IMG/VR virus record: IMGVR_UViG_3300027963_000041
Location: 1 to 64,000 of that record
Strand: one strand, 5' to 3'
From: a virus
DNA length: 64,000 bases
Below are positions 25,971 through 35,804 of the stretch, piece by piece (the first letter of the stretch is position 1; the number at the start of each line of letters is the position of its first letter). The translations under genes and the position numbers were made by a program. The notes beneath the pieces were generated by a model that saw only the letters and a program-made list of their open reading frames with translations, had not been told where the DNA came from and made no database searches.

Positions 25971-26183
25971 ATGTCTAAAACACCTTATGAAATTCGTCTT
26001 GAACTTTTGAAGATGGCACAGGATCAATTGAACCAACGCTACTATCAAAAAGCGGACCACGTTCGACACAACTCATCCATCAAAAATGAACAGGTAAATC
26101 TAACAGAGATTCCTGAATTTCCAACGACAAAAGAAATTTTGCTCGAAGCGGATGTGCTAAAGACCTTTATTGATAAGCAGTAA
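25971..26183 (+). CDS. conserved T4-like hypothetical protein (PYEIRLELLKMA)
   Basis: Motif; AAGGAG RBS. Confidence 0.8.
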   Translation: MSKTPYEIRLELLKMAQDQLNQRYYQKADHVRHNSSIKNEQVNLTEIPEFPTTKEILLEADVLKTFIDKQ

Positions 26184-26240
26184 AGATTAGAGTTTTGCCA
26201 GTTGGACTCTAATCAACTGGCACTTATTAAAGGATACATC

Positions 26241-26825
26241 ATGAGCAAAGAAACAGGCAAATCAACTTTACGCAGATTCCACGACATTCGCTTTTCTACG
26301 CGATACTTTATTGGTAATGGCATCGACATTGGTGCTGGTGACGATCCACTCTCAGACTACTCAGAATTCTTCCCACTCATTAAATCATTACGCCCTTGGG
26401 ATATGCCAGATGGCGATGCACAATTTATGCATGGCGTAAAAGATGACACATATGACTTTGTACATTCAAGTCATTGTTTAGAACATGTTCGCGATCCAAA
26501 AGTTACACTCGGCAACTGGATTCGCATTTGCAAACCAGGCGGCTATCTTGTTCTTGTTATACCAGACGAAGACTTATACGAACAAGGCGTTTTTCCATCC
26601 ACATTCAATGGCGCACATCTATGGACATATACCATTAAGAAGAATGCATCGTGGTGTGACAGGTCGGTAAATGTGTTCGATTTATTATCAAATTTTGTTG
26701 ACAAAGTACAAGTAAATAAAGTAGAATTACTAGATGCAACATTTCGATATAACAAACCTAGGTTCGATCAAACTGATAAATCATTCGGTGATTGTGCCAT
26801 AGAAATAATTCTCAAGAAACTATGA
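26241..26825 (+). CDS. class I SAM-dependent methyltransferase
   Basis: DIGAG, YDFVHSSHCLEH and KPGG motifs. Confidence 0.88.
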   Translation: MSKETGKSTLRRFHDIRFSTRYFIGNGIDIGAGDDPLSDYSEFFPLIKSLRPWDMPDGDAQFMHGVKDDTYDFVHSSHCLEHVRDPKVTLGNWIRICKPGGYLVLVIPDEDLYEQGVFPSTFNGAHLWTYTIKKNASWCDRSVNVFDLLSNFVDKVQVNKVELLDATFRYNKPRFDQTDKSFGDCAIEIILKKL

Positions 26826-27469
26826 CAATCGCTTTACAATGCTCATATGATATAGGCTATGCAAGTCTTGGCGATTTGACATGGCACAAAAACAAATACA
26901 AGTACTGTGCAAAACACGGCTATACACCGCGGGAGTTTGTGTATAAAGATGCGCCAGTAGCACATGGCTTTATGAAAATGTTTAACTTGCGCGAATTGCT
27001 ACGAGAAAAACATGAATGGGTGTGGGCAACTGGTTGTGATTCAATGATCACTAATATGACTGTTAAGTTAGAAGATATTGTAGATAACAATTATCATCTT
27101 ATTATTGCTACAGATCAAAATGGATTAAACGCAGATAGTTTTTTGATTCGTAATTCTGAAGAAGGTCGATACTACATTGATTATATTCTAAGTGGCATTG
27201 ATACATATCGCAGTCATCCTTGGGTAGAACAACAAGCAATGATTGATTGCTTTGATAAATTTAAAGACATTACAAAGGTTGTACCTCAACGAACATTCAA
27301 TTCATACAACTACGATTTTTATCCACATTGCCCAAAGCCAAACTTAGATAAACTAGGAACAGATGGCAATTGGCAGGTTGGAGACTTTCTTATACATTGG
27401 CCTGGTCAATCTCTAGAGAGAAGAATCAAACATTTTGAACGATACTCACAAAGCATAATTTATGATTGA
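26822..27469 (+). CDS. glycosyltransferase, GT34/GT-A-like
   Basis: KxxYCxKHGY, GLNxxSFLIRN, WxEQ and GDFLIHWPG motifs. Confidence 0.75.
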   Translation: MTIALQCSYDIGYASLGDLTWHKNKYKYCAKHGYTPREFVYKDAPVAHGFMKMFNLRELLREKHEWVWATGCDSMITNMTVKLEDIVDNNYHLIIATDQNGLNADSFLIRNSEEGRYYIDYILSGIDTYRSHPWVEQQAMIDCFDKFKDITKVVPQRTFNSYNYDFYPHCPKPNLDKLGTDGNWQVGDFLIHWPGQSLERRIKHFERYSQSIIYD

Positions 27470-28790
27470 TAAAGAAAAAATATTAACAGATATTGCACAC
27501 TATATCTGGCAACAGAAAGAACAAAAGACTTGGACTCCAGGAAAAGACTTTGTAAACTATGCAGGTCCATTCTTTGATGAGCATGAAATTATCGTAGCGG
27601 TTCGTACACTACTAGATGGTTGGCTTGTTATGGGTGATGACTGTGCAAGATTCGAACGAAAATTTCCTCGCGAGTTTGGTAAAGAGTATGGCATTCTCAC
27701 CAACTCAGGTTCTAGTTCAAATCTATTGATGATGGCTTCGCTTACATCAAAGCGTGGACATAATCTACCAAAAGGCACAAAGGTTCTAGTTCCTATTGCA
27801 GGTTTTCCTACGACACTCAATCCAACACTACAAGTAGGATTCGAACCAGTCTTTGTTGATATTGAAATTGATACATTGAATTTAGACTTAGATCATGTCG
27901 TTAAAGTTTTAGATGCTGATCCAGACATTCGTGTAATCACATTCGCACATGTACTAGGCAATCCTCCAAACATGGATTGTCTCATGGACATTGTGAAACA
28001 TTACAATCTGATTCTATTAGAAGATTGTTGTGATGCACTCGGATCAACATACGATGGCAAGCCGCTTGGTTCATTAGGAGAAATGGCATCGTGTTCATTC
28101 TATCCCGCACATCATATGACAATGGGTGAAGGCGGATTCGTTGCATGTAATACTAACGAACAGGAAGTTATTCTCCGTTCATTCAGAGAATGGGGACGTG
28201 GTTGCTATTGCGTAGGACCGAAAGCAAACAAACTCAAGTGTGGCACATGTAAAGAACGATTCAAAGAATGGATACCTGAATTACCAGGAGAGATTTTTGA
28301 CCACAAGTATGTTTATGATGAAATTGGTTACAATCTCAAACCTATCGAATTGCAAGGTTCAATGGGCTTGATTCAGTTAGACAAACTAGAACAGATTCAC
28401 GAATTGCGTAGACGCAACTATAAACTTCTTTTCGATATTTATTCTAAATACGAAGAGTTTTTTCATCTACCAAGAGCAACAGCAAAGTCAGACCCATCAT
28501 GGTTTGCATTTCCTTTAACAATTCGCAAAAACGCGCCATTCAGCCGAAGTGAAATTGTTGATTATCTTGAAGACAATTTGATTCAAACACGCCCATACTT
28601 TGCTGGTAATATCATGCTTCAACCTGCATACAGTCATCTCATGAATCCTGCGGATGCTAGAGATTACTTTCCCGTTGCGACTTATGCAATGACGCATACA
28701 TATTTTCATGGGACTAGTCCGGTGATCACACCGCAACAAATTCTATACATTGGTGAAGTGGTAGACAGATTTATTAAGGAGAAATTATGA
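27462..28790 (+). CDS. rfbH: NDP-4-keto-6-deoxyglucose 3-dehydrase (E1, PMP/[2Fe-2S])
   Basis: DegT fold; SFYPAHHMTMGEGG with His in place of the Schiff-base Lys; EDCCDALG, GRGCYC and DHKY motifs. Confidence 0.88.
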   Translation: MIDKEKILTDIAHYIWQQKEQKTWTPGKDFVNYAGPFFDEHEIIVAVRTLLDGWLVMGDDCARFERKFPREFGKEYGILTNSGSSSNLLMMASLTSKRGHNLPKGTKVLVPIAGFPTTLNPTLQVGFEPVFVDIEIDTLNLDLDHVVKVLDADPDIRVITFAHVLGNPPNMDCLMDIVKHYNLILLEDCCDALGSTYDGKPLGSLGEMASCSFYPAHHMTMGEGGFVACNTNEQEVILRSFREWGRGCYCVGPKANKLKCGTCKERFKEWIPELPGEIFDHKYVYDEIGYNLKPIELQGSMGLIQLDKLEQIHELRRRNYKLLFDIYSKYEEFFHLPRATAKSDPSWFAFPLTIRKNAPFSRSEIVDYLEDNLIQTRPYFAGNIMLQPAYSHLMNPADARDYFPVATYAMTHTYFHGTSPVITPQQILYIGEVVDRFIKEKL

Positions 28791-30541
28791 CAGGTGCAGA
28801 GTATGTCGCTAAATTTTTAAAAGCGATTGGTGTGCAAAATGTGTACCTTGTACAAGGTGGTGCATGTGCATTTATGGTTGACGCAGTTGACAGAGAAGAT
28901 GATATTGGTTATGTTTGTTTTCAACATGAGCAAGCCGCGGCAATGGCGGCTGACGCTATTTGGAGAACAAACCGAAGACTTGGTGCTACGTTCTCTACCA
29001 GCGGTCCAGGTGCAAGCAATCTAATTACTGGTATCGCATGTGGATACTATGATAGCATTCCTAGCATTCATATTACAGGACAAGTGAATGGCAAAGAAGT
29101 AGCACAATACAATGGTGCGAAAGTACGACAAGCAGGCTTTCAGCAAATGGATATTGTAACCATGGTCAAGCCAGTTTGTAACTATGCAGAACATGTAAAA
29201 GATATTCACACTCTCAAACGCATTCTAAAGAATGCCGCAGATGCAATGTTTAACGGCCGCATGGGTCCAGTTGTTGTTGACATTCCTATGGATGTGCAAA
29301 CAGAGGAACTAGATGACGATGAACTGCTATTGCCAGCATTTGCGAATCCTATTATTGAAACACAAAAGATTAATGATACCGCATCAAAGATTACAGAATT
29401 TCTCAAAGGTGCAGAACGCCCATTAGTTGTGTTCGGTGCTGGCGCTGAACTTGCTGGTGTAGAAAAGAATCTTGAAGAGTGGTTACGCACTACAGACATT
29501 CCATTTGTTGCGTCTTGGTCAGCACTCAATTCGTTTAATCACGATATGCAAAATTACTGTGGACATTTTGGTGTCTATGGTAATCGTGGTGGTAACTACG
29601 TTATTCAAAACGCAGATCGTATTCTTGTTCTAGGTTCTAGACTTGATAATCGTCAGCGTTCAGGCAATCCAAATACATTCGCACCACAAGCAAAGTTTCT
29701 TGTGCTTGACATTGACGAAGAAGAATTGAAGAAGTATCCATCGCCACAATATGAAGGTGTGGTTCTTGATTTTTCTTTCTTGCCTAATGTTATAACGCAA
29801 GTGACTACAGAGCCAGTTAAACCAGAGTGGCGCGATTATACGCAAGAAATGCGTAACAAATTTTTGAATGTAGACATTAGCGTTGGCGCACAAGAAGTTG
29901 GTAGTCTAAACCCATACACTTTCTTACAGCGATTGAATCAAATTGCATCAGACAAAGCAATCTTTGTAACCGATGCTGGCGCAAATCACGCATGGACTTA
30001 TCAGATTTTCAATCGCAAAGGCGAACAGAAACTCATCACTAGTTCTGGTCACTACTCAATGGGTTATTCATTGCCTGCCGCAATTGGTGCGCGAATGATG
30101 AATATGGATAAAGATGTTTATTCTATCAATGGTGATGGTGGTTTTCAAATGAACTTGCAAGAGTTGCAGACATTGATTGAATACGGCTTAGATGTAAAAG
30201 TGATTGTGTTTAACAATCATGGCTTAGGTATGATTCGTCAATTTCAAGACACATACATGAAAGGCAATCACGCCGCTACAGGTAATGGGCGCGGACCAGG
30301 TCGACCAAACTTTGAGAAGATTGCTTTTGCTTACGGCATGAATTATCTTCGCGTGACGGATGTAAATCACCTAACACCAATTCATTTGCAGACGGGTAAG
30401 ATTCTCATTGAAGTAATTGTAAGCGATAAAGTTTTGATTGAACCAAAACTTGAAGCAGGCAGACCAATCAACGATCAATTTCCATATGTCACAAATGAAG
30501 ACTATGCAAACAACAATCGTTATGTAGAATATAAGAGATGA
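28787..30541 (+). CDS. TPP-dependent acetolactate-synthase-like enzyme (YerE-like)
   Basis: HEQAAAMAA, TSGPG, GFQ and GDGGFQMNLQEL...NN TPP motif. Confidence 0.88.
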   Translation: MTGAEYVAKFLKAIGVQNVYLVQGGACAFMVDAVDREDDIGYVCFQHEQAAAMAADAIWRTNRRLGATFSTSGPGASNLITGIACGYYDSIPSIHITGQVNGKEVAQYNGAKVRQAGFQQMDIVTMVKPVCNYAEHVKDIHTLKRILKNAADAMFNGRMGPVVVDIPMDVQTEELDDDELLLPAFANPIIETQKINDTASKITEFLKGAERPLVVFGAGAELAGVEKNLEEWLRTTDIPFVASWSALNSFNHDMQNYCGHFGVYGNRGGNYVIQNADRILVLGSRLDNRQRSGNPNTFAPQAKFLVLDIDEEELKKYPSPQYEGVVLDFSFLPNVITQVTTEPVKPEWRDYTQEMRNKFLNVDISVGAQEVGSLNPYTFLQRLNQIASDKAIFVTDAGANHAWTYQIFNRKGEQKLITSSGHYSMGYSLPAAIGARMMNMDKDVYSINGDGGFQMNLQELQTLIEYGLDVKVIVFNNHGLGMIRQFQDTYMKGNHAATGNGRGPGRPNFEKIAFAYGMNYLRVTDVNHLTPIHLQTGKILIEVIVSDKVLIEPKLEAGRPINDQFPYVTNEDYANNNRYVEYKR

Positions 30542-31347
30542 AAGTCTTAGTCACAGGTGCATCAGGATTTATTGGAAGTTATCTTGCAAAGCAACTATCA
30601 TATTATGATGTTCATGCGCCAACTTCCAAAGAATTGGATTTGACTGATAGGCAAGCAGTTGTAGAATACTGCTTCAGTCATAAATTCGATACCATTGTAC
30701 ATTGTGCGGCGGTAGGTAGAGATACACCAAGAAGGGTTGATAATCAGATTTTATCTGACAATCTTTCTATGTTTGTGAATCTAGCACAATGCAGAGAATC
30801 ATTCGGTAGACTTATAAACTTTTCATCAGGTGCAGACTTTTGCATCGACCTGTCTCTTGATTGTGTTTCGGAGAATGAACTCGAACAATATGTGCCAGTA
30901 CATAGTTATGGACTAAGTAAAAACATTACCGCAAGACTTGCAAAGAATATTGATAAGTGTTATAATGTTAGATTGTTCTCTGTAATTGATAAGTCAGAAT
31001 CAGAAAATCGTTTGTTGAAGCGTTTCATTTCGCATTTAAAAGAGGGCAAGCAATTTACACTAAAAGATGATCGGTATGTTGACTTTTTTTCTTTGGCAGA
31101 TACTTTTAAAGTAATTGAATCTTACATTGAAGATGAGCCTTACAATACTGATGTGAATCTTGTTTACTTGAAAAAGTATAAGGTTTCTGATATACTAGAA
31201 ATGTATTGCAAAATTCATGGAATTGATACAGATTCGTATGTGGTAGAAAGTCAATCTTTGATTAACTATATCGGTAATGGTGAACTGTTATGCAAAGAAA
31301 AATTTCGACTGGACGGAATAATAAAAACATTGGAAAGTTACACATGA
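30538..31347 (+). CDS. NAD-dependent epimerase/reductase (extended SDR)
   Basis: GASGFIG and YGLSK motifs. Confidence 0.88.
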   Translation: MKVLVTGASGFIGSYLAKQLSYYDVHAPTSKELDLTDRQAVVEYCFSHKFDTIVHCAAVGRDTPRRVDNQILSDNLSMFVNLAQCRESFGRLINFSSGADFCIDLSLDCVSENELEQYVPVHSYGLSKNITARLAKNIDKCYNVRLFSVIDKSESENRLLKRFISHLKEGKQFTLKDDRYVDFFSLADTFKVIESYIEDEPYNTDVNLVYLKKYKVSDILEMYCKIHGIDTDSYVVESQSLINYIGNGELLCKEKFRLDGIIKTLESYT

Positions 31348-32291
31348 CAAAAGTTGTTTACGTTACAGGCTGTTGTGGCTTCATTGGTTACTATGTCGCA
31401 AAGCGTTGCCTTGAAGAAGGTTACTATGTAATCGGTGTTGATAAGATGACATATGCCGCAGATGAAGATTTGATTGATAAACTATTTGAAATATCGCCAG
31501 ATCATTTTAGATTTTTTCAGTCGGACATTAATGATCTAGACCGTCTAGCAGATTGCGATTATGTAATCAATTGCGCGGCAGAGTCTCACGTTGACAACAG
31601 CATCATGTCTTCAGAAGTTTTTCTACGTTCTAACATCAATGGCGTTCACAAACTGCTACAGTTGATCAAACAAAAGAGTTTGTATAACATGCCAACACTA
31701 TTACACTTCAGTACAGATGAAGTTTATGGTGACATTGAACAAGGCGCACACATTGAAACAGATTTGTTAAAGCCTAGCAATCCATACTCAGCATCAAAAG
31801 CCGCGGCCGACATGTTGATCCTCGCGTGGGCGCGAACATTTAAAGTGCCTTACGTCATTGTGCGCCCAACAAACAATTATGGTATTGGTCAATACGCAGA
31901 AAAACTCATACCAAAGAGTTGCAAGCATCTAATGCTAGGCAAAAAGATTGACGTTCATGATCGTGGTATGCCTTGGCGCACTTGGTTACATGCATCAGAT
32001 ACCGCAGAAGCAGTTTTGACAATCATCAAGTCTGGTGTGCAGAATGAAATTTACAATATCAACGGAAATTGTGAGTATCAAAACATCGAAGTGATTAAGA
32101 AAATCATTCGTTGGATGAATTCTGATTTTGATTACGAAAAATATCTTACCTATTACACACGACCTGGACATGATGTGCGCTATGCACTAGACGATACAAA
32201 ACTCAAAGCACTCGGATGGCAACCGAAAGCAGTATTTGACGATGAGTTGAAGAAAATCATTGAGCATTCGAAAAATAACTTCATATGGTAA
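31344..32291 (+). CDS. rmlB: NDP-glucose 4,6-dehydratase (RmlB-like)
   Basis: AAESHVD, STDEVYG, PYSASK and RPGHD motifs. Confidence 0.88.
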   Translation: MTKVVYVTGCCGFIGYYVAKRCLEEGYYVIGVDKMTYAADEDLIDKLFEISPDHFRFFQSDINDLDRLADCDYVINCAAESHVDNSIMSSEVFLRSNINGVHKLLQLIKQKSLYNMPTLLHFSTDEVYGDIEQGAHIETDLLKPSNPYSASKAAADMLILAWARTFKVPYVIVRPTNNYGIGQYAEKLIPKSCKHLMLGKKIDVHDRGMPWRTWLHASDTAEAVLTIIKSGVQNEIYNINGNCEYQNIEVIKKIIRWMNSDFDYEKYLTYYTRPGHDVRYALDDTKLKALGWQPKAVFDDELKKIIEHSKNNFIW

Positions 32292-33013
32292 ATACATTTT
32301 TACATTCGGGCAAACTAGGTGACATTATTTGGGCATTGCCTGCTATCAAACATCTTGGTGGCGGCATTCTTTATCTTAGAACTGGTGTAGTTGATTCGGG
32401 TCCGAATGAGGTGATGTTGACAAATGAAGGCGCAGAGAGTATAATATCTCTATTGAAGACTCAGGAGTACATTCATGATGTAAAAATTTACAATGGTGAA
32501 GAAATAAAGCACAATTTAGACTTGTTTCGTAGATTTATCTTTGCTGTACCAAAAATTACTATTGCAGAAAGCGTGTTTTTAGGGCTTGGCATTAGAGGTA
32601 ATCATGAAGAAAAACTTGATGAACCATGGGTTACAGTAGATAAAGATATGAGGGTGCTAAATAAAATAGTTATCTCACGGACCGGAAGGTATCAAGCAGG
32701 TAATGATCAGATGAATCCTTTTTATCTGAAACTAAAAGAACGTAACATTTCCAAGCATGGAATATTTGTAGGTTCTTTAAACGAGTATGAGAAATTTGAA
32801 GAAGTATATCGTACTGGTATAGAATACTATCCCACCCCCACGATACTTGATTTGGCTAGAGCAATATCCGCATGTAAGTTTTATGTCGGAAATGAAAACT
32901 TAGCCAATGCATTAAATGAAAGCATGAAAAAAACTTCTTTTCTAGAAAATAACAAAAGTTCATTAGGACAATTCTTTTGCTACTTTAATAGACCGGATTT
33001 GTTTCTCATATAG
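32285..33013 (+). CDS. GT9/heptosyltransferase-like protein
   Basis: HSGKLGDII...P and LARAISACKFYVGN motifs. Confidence 0.6.
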   Translation: MVNTFLHSGKLGDIIWALPAIKHLGGGILYLRTGVVDSGPNEVMLTNEGAESIISLLKTQEYIHDVKIYNGEEIKHNLDLFRRFIFAVPKITIAESVFLGLGIRGNHEEKLDEPWVTVDKDMRVLNKIVISRTGRYQAGNDQMNPFYLKLKERNISKHGIFVGSLNEYEKFEEVYRTGIEYYPTPTILDLARAISACKFYVGNENLANALNESMKKTSFLENNKSSLGQFFCYFNRPDLFLI

Positions 33014-33042
33014 TTGTGTTAACTAAAACAGAAGGAGGAGAT

Positions 33043-33612
33043 ATGAAAACCTTAACCAATAAGGTCCAAGTATTGTTTCTCATATGTTTGACGATGATGA
33101 CAATGTGGCATTATAACAAAATAAGTCAAACAACGAGGCCAAATTTGAATTTGCAAATTTCGCAATTCACAAAAGAGGCTAGAGGAGAGATTTATTGCCT
33201 AGCAGAAAACATTTACTTTGAAGCAGGACATGAGCCAACTCTTGGCAAATACGCCGTTGCGTTTGTTACACAAAACAGAGTTAATAGTGGTAAATTCGCG
33301 GACTCTATTTGTGGTGTAGTAAAACAGAAGATAGGTAGTACATGTCAATTTTCTTGGTGGTGTGAAGATAAATCCAAATTCATTTCAACCAATAATCTCT
33401 TGACAAATAGTATGAATCCAGTGTATAATGAAGCATTGAGACTAGCAATTTATTTTTACACAAATCATGACAATCTAAAGGACCCAACAAACGGTGCGTT
33501 ATTCTATCATGCAGACTATGTTAACCCGAATTGGTCTTTCGCTAAGAAAGAAATTACCATCGGTAAACATATTTTCTACAACTACAAAAGGAATCCGAAT
33601 GAAAGAACCTAA
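33043..33612 (+). CDS. SleB-like cell wall hydrolase (Hydrolase_2)
   Basis: CLAENIYFEA, CQFSW, GALFYHA and IGKHIFY motifs; N-terminal TM segment. Confidence 0.9.
   Translation: MKTLTNKVQVLFLICLTMMTMWHYNKISQTTRPNLNLQISQFTKEARGEIYCLAENIYFEAGHEPTLGKYAVAFVTQNRVNSGKFADSICGVVKQKIGSTCQFSWWCEDKSKFISTNNLLTNSMNPVYNEALRLAIYFYTNHDNLKDPTNGALFYHADYVNPNWSFAKKEITIGKHIFYNYKRNPNERT
33400..33429 (+). promoter_or_regulatory. internal sigma70 promoter upstream of gp33/gp59/gp32
   Basis: TTGACA-18-TATAAT inside the hydrolase gene. Confidence 0.6.
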
Positions 33613-33871
33613 TACTTCAAACAATGGGCTATACATTGCGCTATGCGTTATGGTAGCCACAGCATGTGCAACATTGTTCTTTATGTTTCTCACAGAAAAG
33701 GAACTCATGTCAAAAAATATTGAACGTGCTATTGAAAAAGGTATTGATCCTATTGCAGTACGTTGTTCTTATGCTGATGCAAGTGACAGAGTTTGTCTTG
33801 CGTATTCAATTACGCACGGAACTGTTGATGCGCCAGGTGCCCGTAACATTCCGAATCAACTTAAAAAATGA
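33599..33871 (+). CDS. membrane-anchored hypothetical protein
   Basis: TM segment; GIDPIAVRC motif. Confidence 0.7.
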   Translation: MKEPNTSNNGLYIALCVMVATACATLFFMFLTEKELMSKNIERAIEKGIDPIAVRCSYADASDRVCLAYSITHGTVDAPGARNIPNQLKK

Positions 33872-34107
33872 ATGGTAAATTAAATATATTGACTCCAAAA
33901 GAATTTGAGAATCACATCAAAGAACTTATGAAGATTAAATCACCAATCACTATGATTGATGCGGTTCTCTTATTCTGTGAGCAAAACAATTTGGAAGTTG
34001 AAACTGCGGCTTCACTCATCTCTAGCAAAATGAAAAATGTTATGGAAAGTGAAGCCATCAAAGGTAAAATGATTGCCACTAAACATGCAAAGTTACCGAT
34101 GCTATGA
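33868..34107 (+). CDS. gp33: late promoter co-activator
   Basis: IDAV..FCE.N..EVE.A...I...K...E.EA...LP pattern; synteny with gp59 and gp32. Confidence 0.85.
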   Translation: MNGKLNILTPKEFENHIKELMKIKSPITMIDAVLLFCEQNNLEVETAASLISSKMKNVMESEAIKGKMIATKHAKLPML

Positions 34108-34703
34108 AAATGGATGCCTTTGACGCATACAAAATTTATACCGCATTGAAGAATCATTTCGTACTTGACAACTACGATTACTTCAAGTATAATAAGAAGA
34201 TCAAGGTAAGCCACGATGCTTTCTTGAATCGAAGAGATAAAATATTTTTTGCAAAACTAGGCAATCGCAAAGACGCTTACCTAGAAGACTTTTTGGTATC
34301 GAATTTTCTGCACGACACAAAGACATGGGTAGGTGAACTACTCTCTGATCAAGCAGAAGAAAGATACAAAGATTGGAAACGAAAGCAAGAATCTATAACG
34401 TATCATTTTAAGAATGAGATAGAATTTCTTGCAGAGTATGAACAGAATGACTTTAATCAATTATTTGAAAGTGTAAACGGAGATCATCCAAAGATTATAA
34501 AAATGTACATGAGAAAAGAGATTAGCATCGAAACTCTCGCAGTACTCAATATGATTTTAAAGTTTATATCTAGAACTGATAAAGTAATTCATGATCCGAT
34601 CTACAAAGAGGTAAGTAAATTATGCAAAAAGTACCAGCCCTTCTTAAAGTGCGATGTACCCAAAATGAAAAAAGCATTGAAGGAAGTGGTAATGCAGGGG
34701 TAA
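34104..34703 (+). CDS. gp59: helicase loader
   Basis: YxALKNHF...YDYFKY...RRDKxFF; ISIETL. Confidence 0.9.
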   Translation: MKMDAFDAYKIYTALKNHFVLDNYDYFKYNKKIKVSHDAFLNRRDKIFFAKLGNRKDAYLEDFLVSNFLHDTKTWVGELLSDQAEERYKDWKRKQESITYHFKNEIEFLAEYEQNDFNQLFESVNGDHPKIIKMYMRKEISIETLAVLNMILKFISRTDKVIHDPIYKEVSKLCKKYQPFLKCDVPKMKKALKEVVMQG

Positions 34704-34843
34704 AAGTGCGGAAAAAATCACAAATTTGTGTTCTTCTTCAGCCTAAAAAGAATCTTGAGCAACTATATAATACTGTAGTTGAGCATGATATATGTGGACA
34801 AGCAAATAATACAATCAATACATTTTAATACAAAGGAAATACG

Positions 34844-35749
34844 ATGGCAAATACATTCGCAGAACTCCGTAAATCTCGCACAAAAGATTTGGAGAAGTTG
34901 ACTGAACAAGTCAATAAACTAAACGATAAGTCTAGTGAAAAGAAATCCTACGAGGACACTCGATTCTGGAAACCAACAGTAGATAAAGCAGGCAATGGCA
35001 TGGCAGTCGTTCGCTTTCTACCTGCGGCTGAAGGTGAAGACATGCCTTGGGTTCAATTGTTCTCCCACTCATTTCAAGGTCCTACAGGCCAGTGGTACAT
35101 TGAAAACTCTCTAACAACTCTCAATAAAAAAGACCCTGTTTCTGAACACAACACCATGTTGTGGAACTCTGGTGTTGAATCAGATAAAGAAACTGCGCGT
35201 AAACAAAAGCGTAAACTTCAATACATCGCTAACGTGTATATTGTCAAGGACCCATCTAATCCTGACAATGATGGTAAGGTCTTCTTGTTTAAATTTGGTA
35301 AGAAAATTTTCGACAAGTTGAATGATTTGATGAATCCTGAGTTTGAAGATGAAACACCTGTTAACCCATTTGATCTATGGGAAGGTGCTAACTTCAAGTT
35401 GAAGATTCGCAAAGTAGAAGGCTATCAAAATTATGATAAGTCTGAGTTTGATTCACCCGCGGCTCTCTCTGAAGATGATGATGAACTTGAAAGAATTTGG
35501 AAAGCACAAAACAAACTTTCCGAATTTATTACTGAGGGCAACTTCAAATCTTATGACGAATTGAAAGCAAGACTAAACAAGGTCTTGAATCTAGAAGATG
35601 ATGTGGTTACTGAAAAACCTTCTGCGCCTGTAACCAAGAAGGCTGAGAAGCCTGCTGAAGTTAAAAAGGCAAAAACTGTAGAAGATAGCCCACCTTGGAA
35701 TGATGAAGATGGTGATCTGAGTTATTTCGAAAAGTTGGCTGAAGACTGA
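34844..35749 (+). CDS. gp32: single-stranded DNA-binding protein
   Basis: DxRFWKP, RFLP, WYIENS, GKKIFDK and GANFKLKI motifs; acidic tail. Confidence 0.96.
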   Translation: MANTFAELRKSRTKDLEKLTEQVNKLNDKSSEKKSYEDTRFWKPTVDKAGNGMAVVRFLPAAEGEDMPWVQLFSHSFQGPTGQWYIENSLTTLNKKDPVSEHNTMLWNSGVESDKETARKQKRKLQYIANVYIVKDPSNPDNDGKVFLFKFGKKIFDKLNDLMNPEFEDETPVNPFDLWEGANFKLKIRKVEGYQNYDKSEFDSPAALSEDDDELERIWKAQNKLSEFITEGNFKSYDELKARLNKVLNLEDDVVTEKPSAPVTKKAEKPAEVKKAKTVEDSPPWNDEDGDLSYFEKLAED

Positions 35750-35778
35750 TTCATTATTTTTCTCCGATGTGCAGTTTT

Positions 35779-35804
35779 AGCCCCTCTTGCGAGGGGCTTT
35801 TTTT
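35779..35804 (+). terminator. intrinsic terminator
   Basis: AGCCCCTC-TTGC-GAGGGGCT plus T tract. Confidence 0.88.

Noticed and set aside
28787-30541. Acetolactate synthase as an amino-acid biosynthesis auxiliary gene
   Set aside because: It is translationally coupled between RfbH and an SDR with no small subunit or ilvC/ilvD, so a YerE-like role fits better
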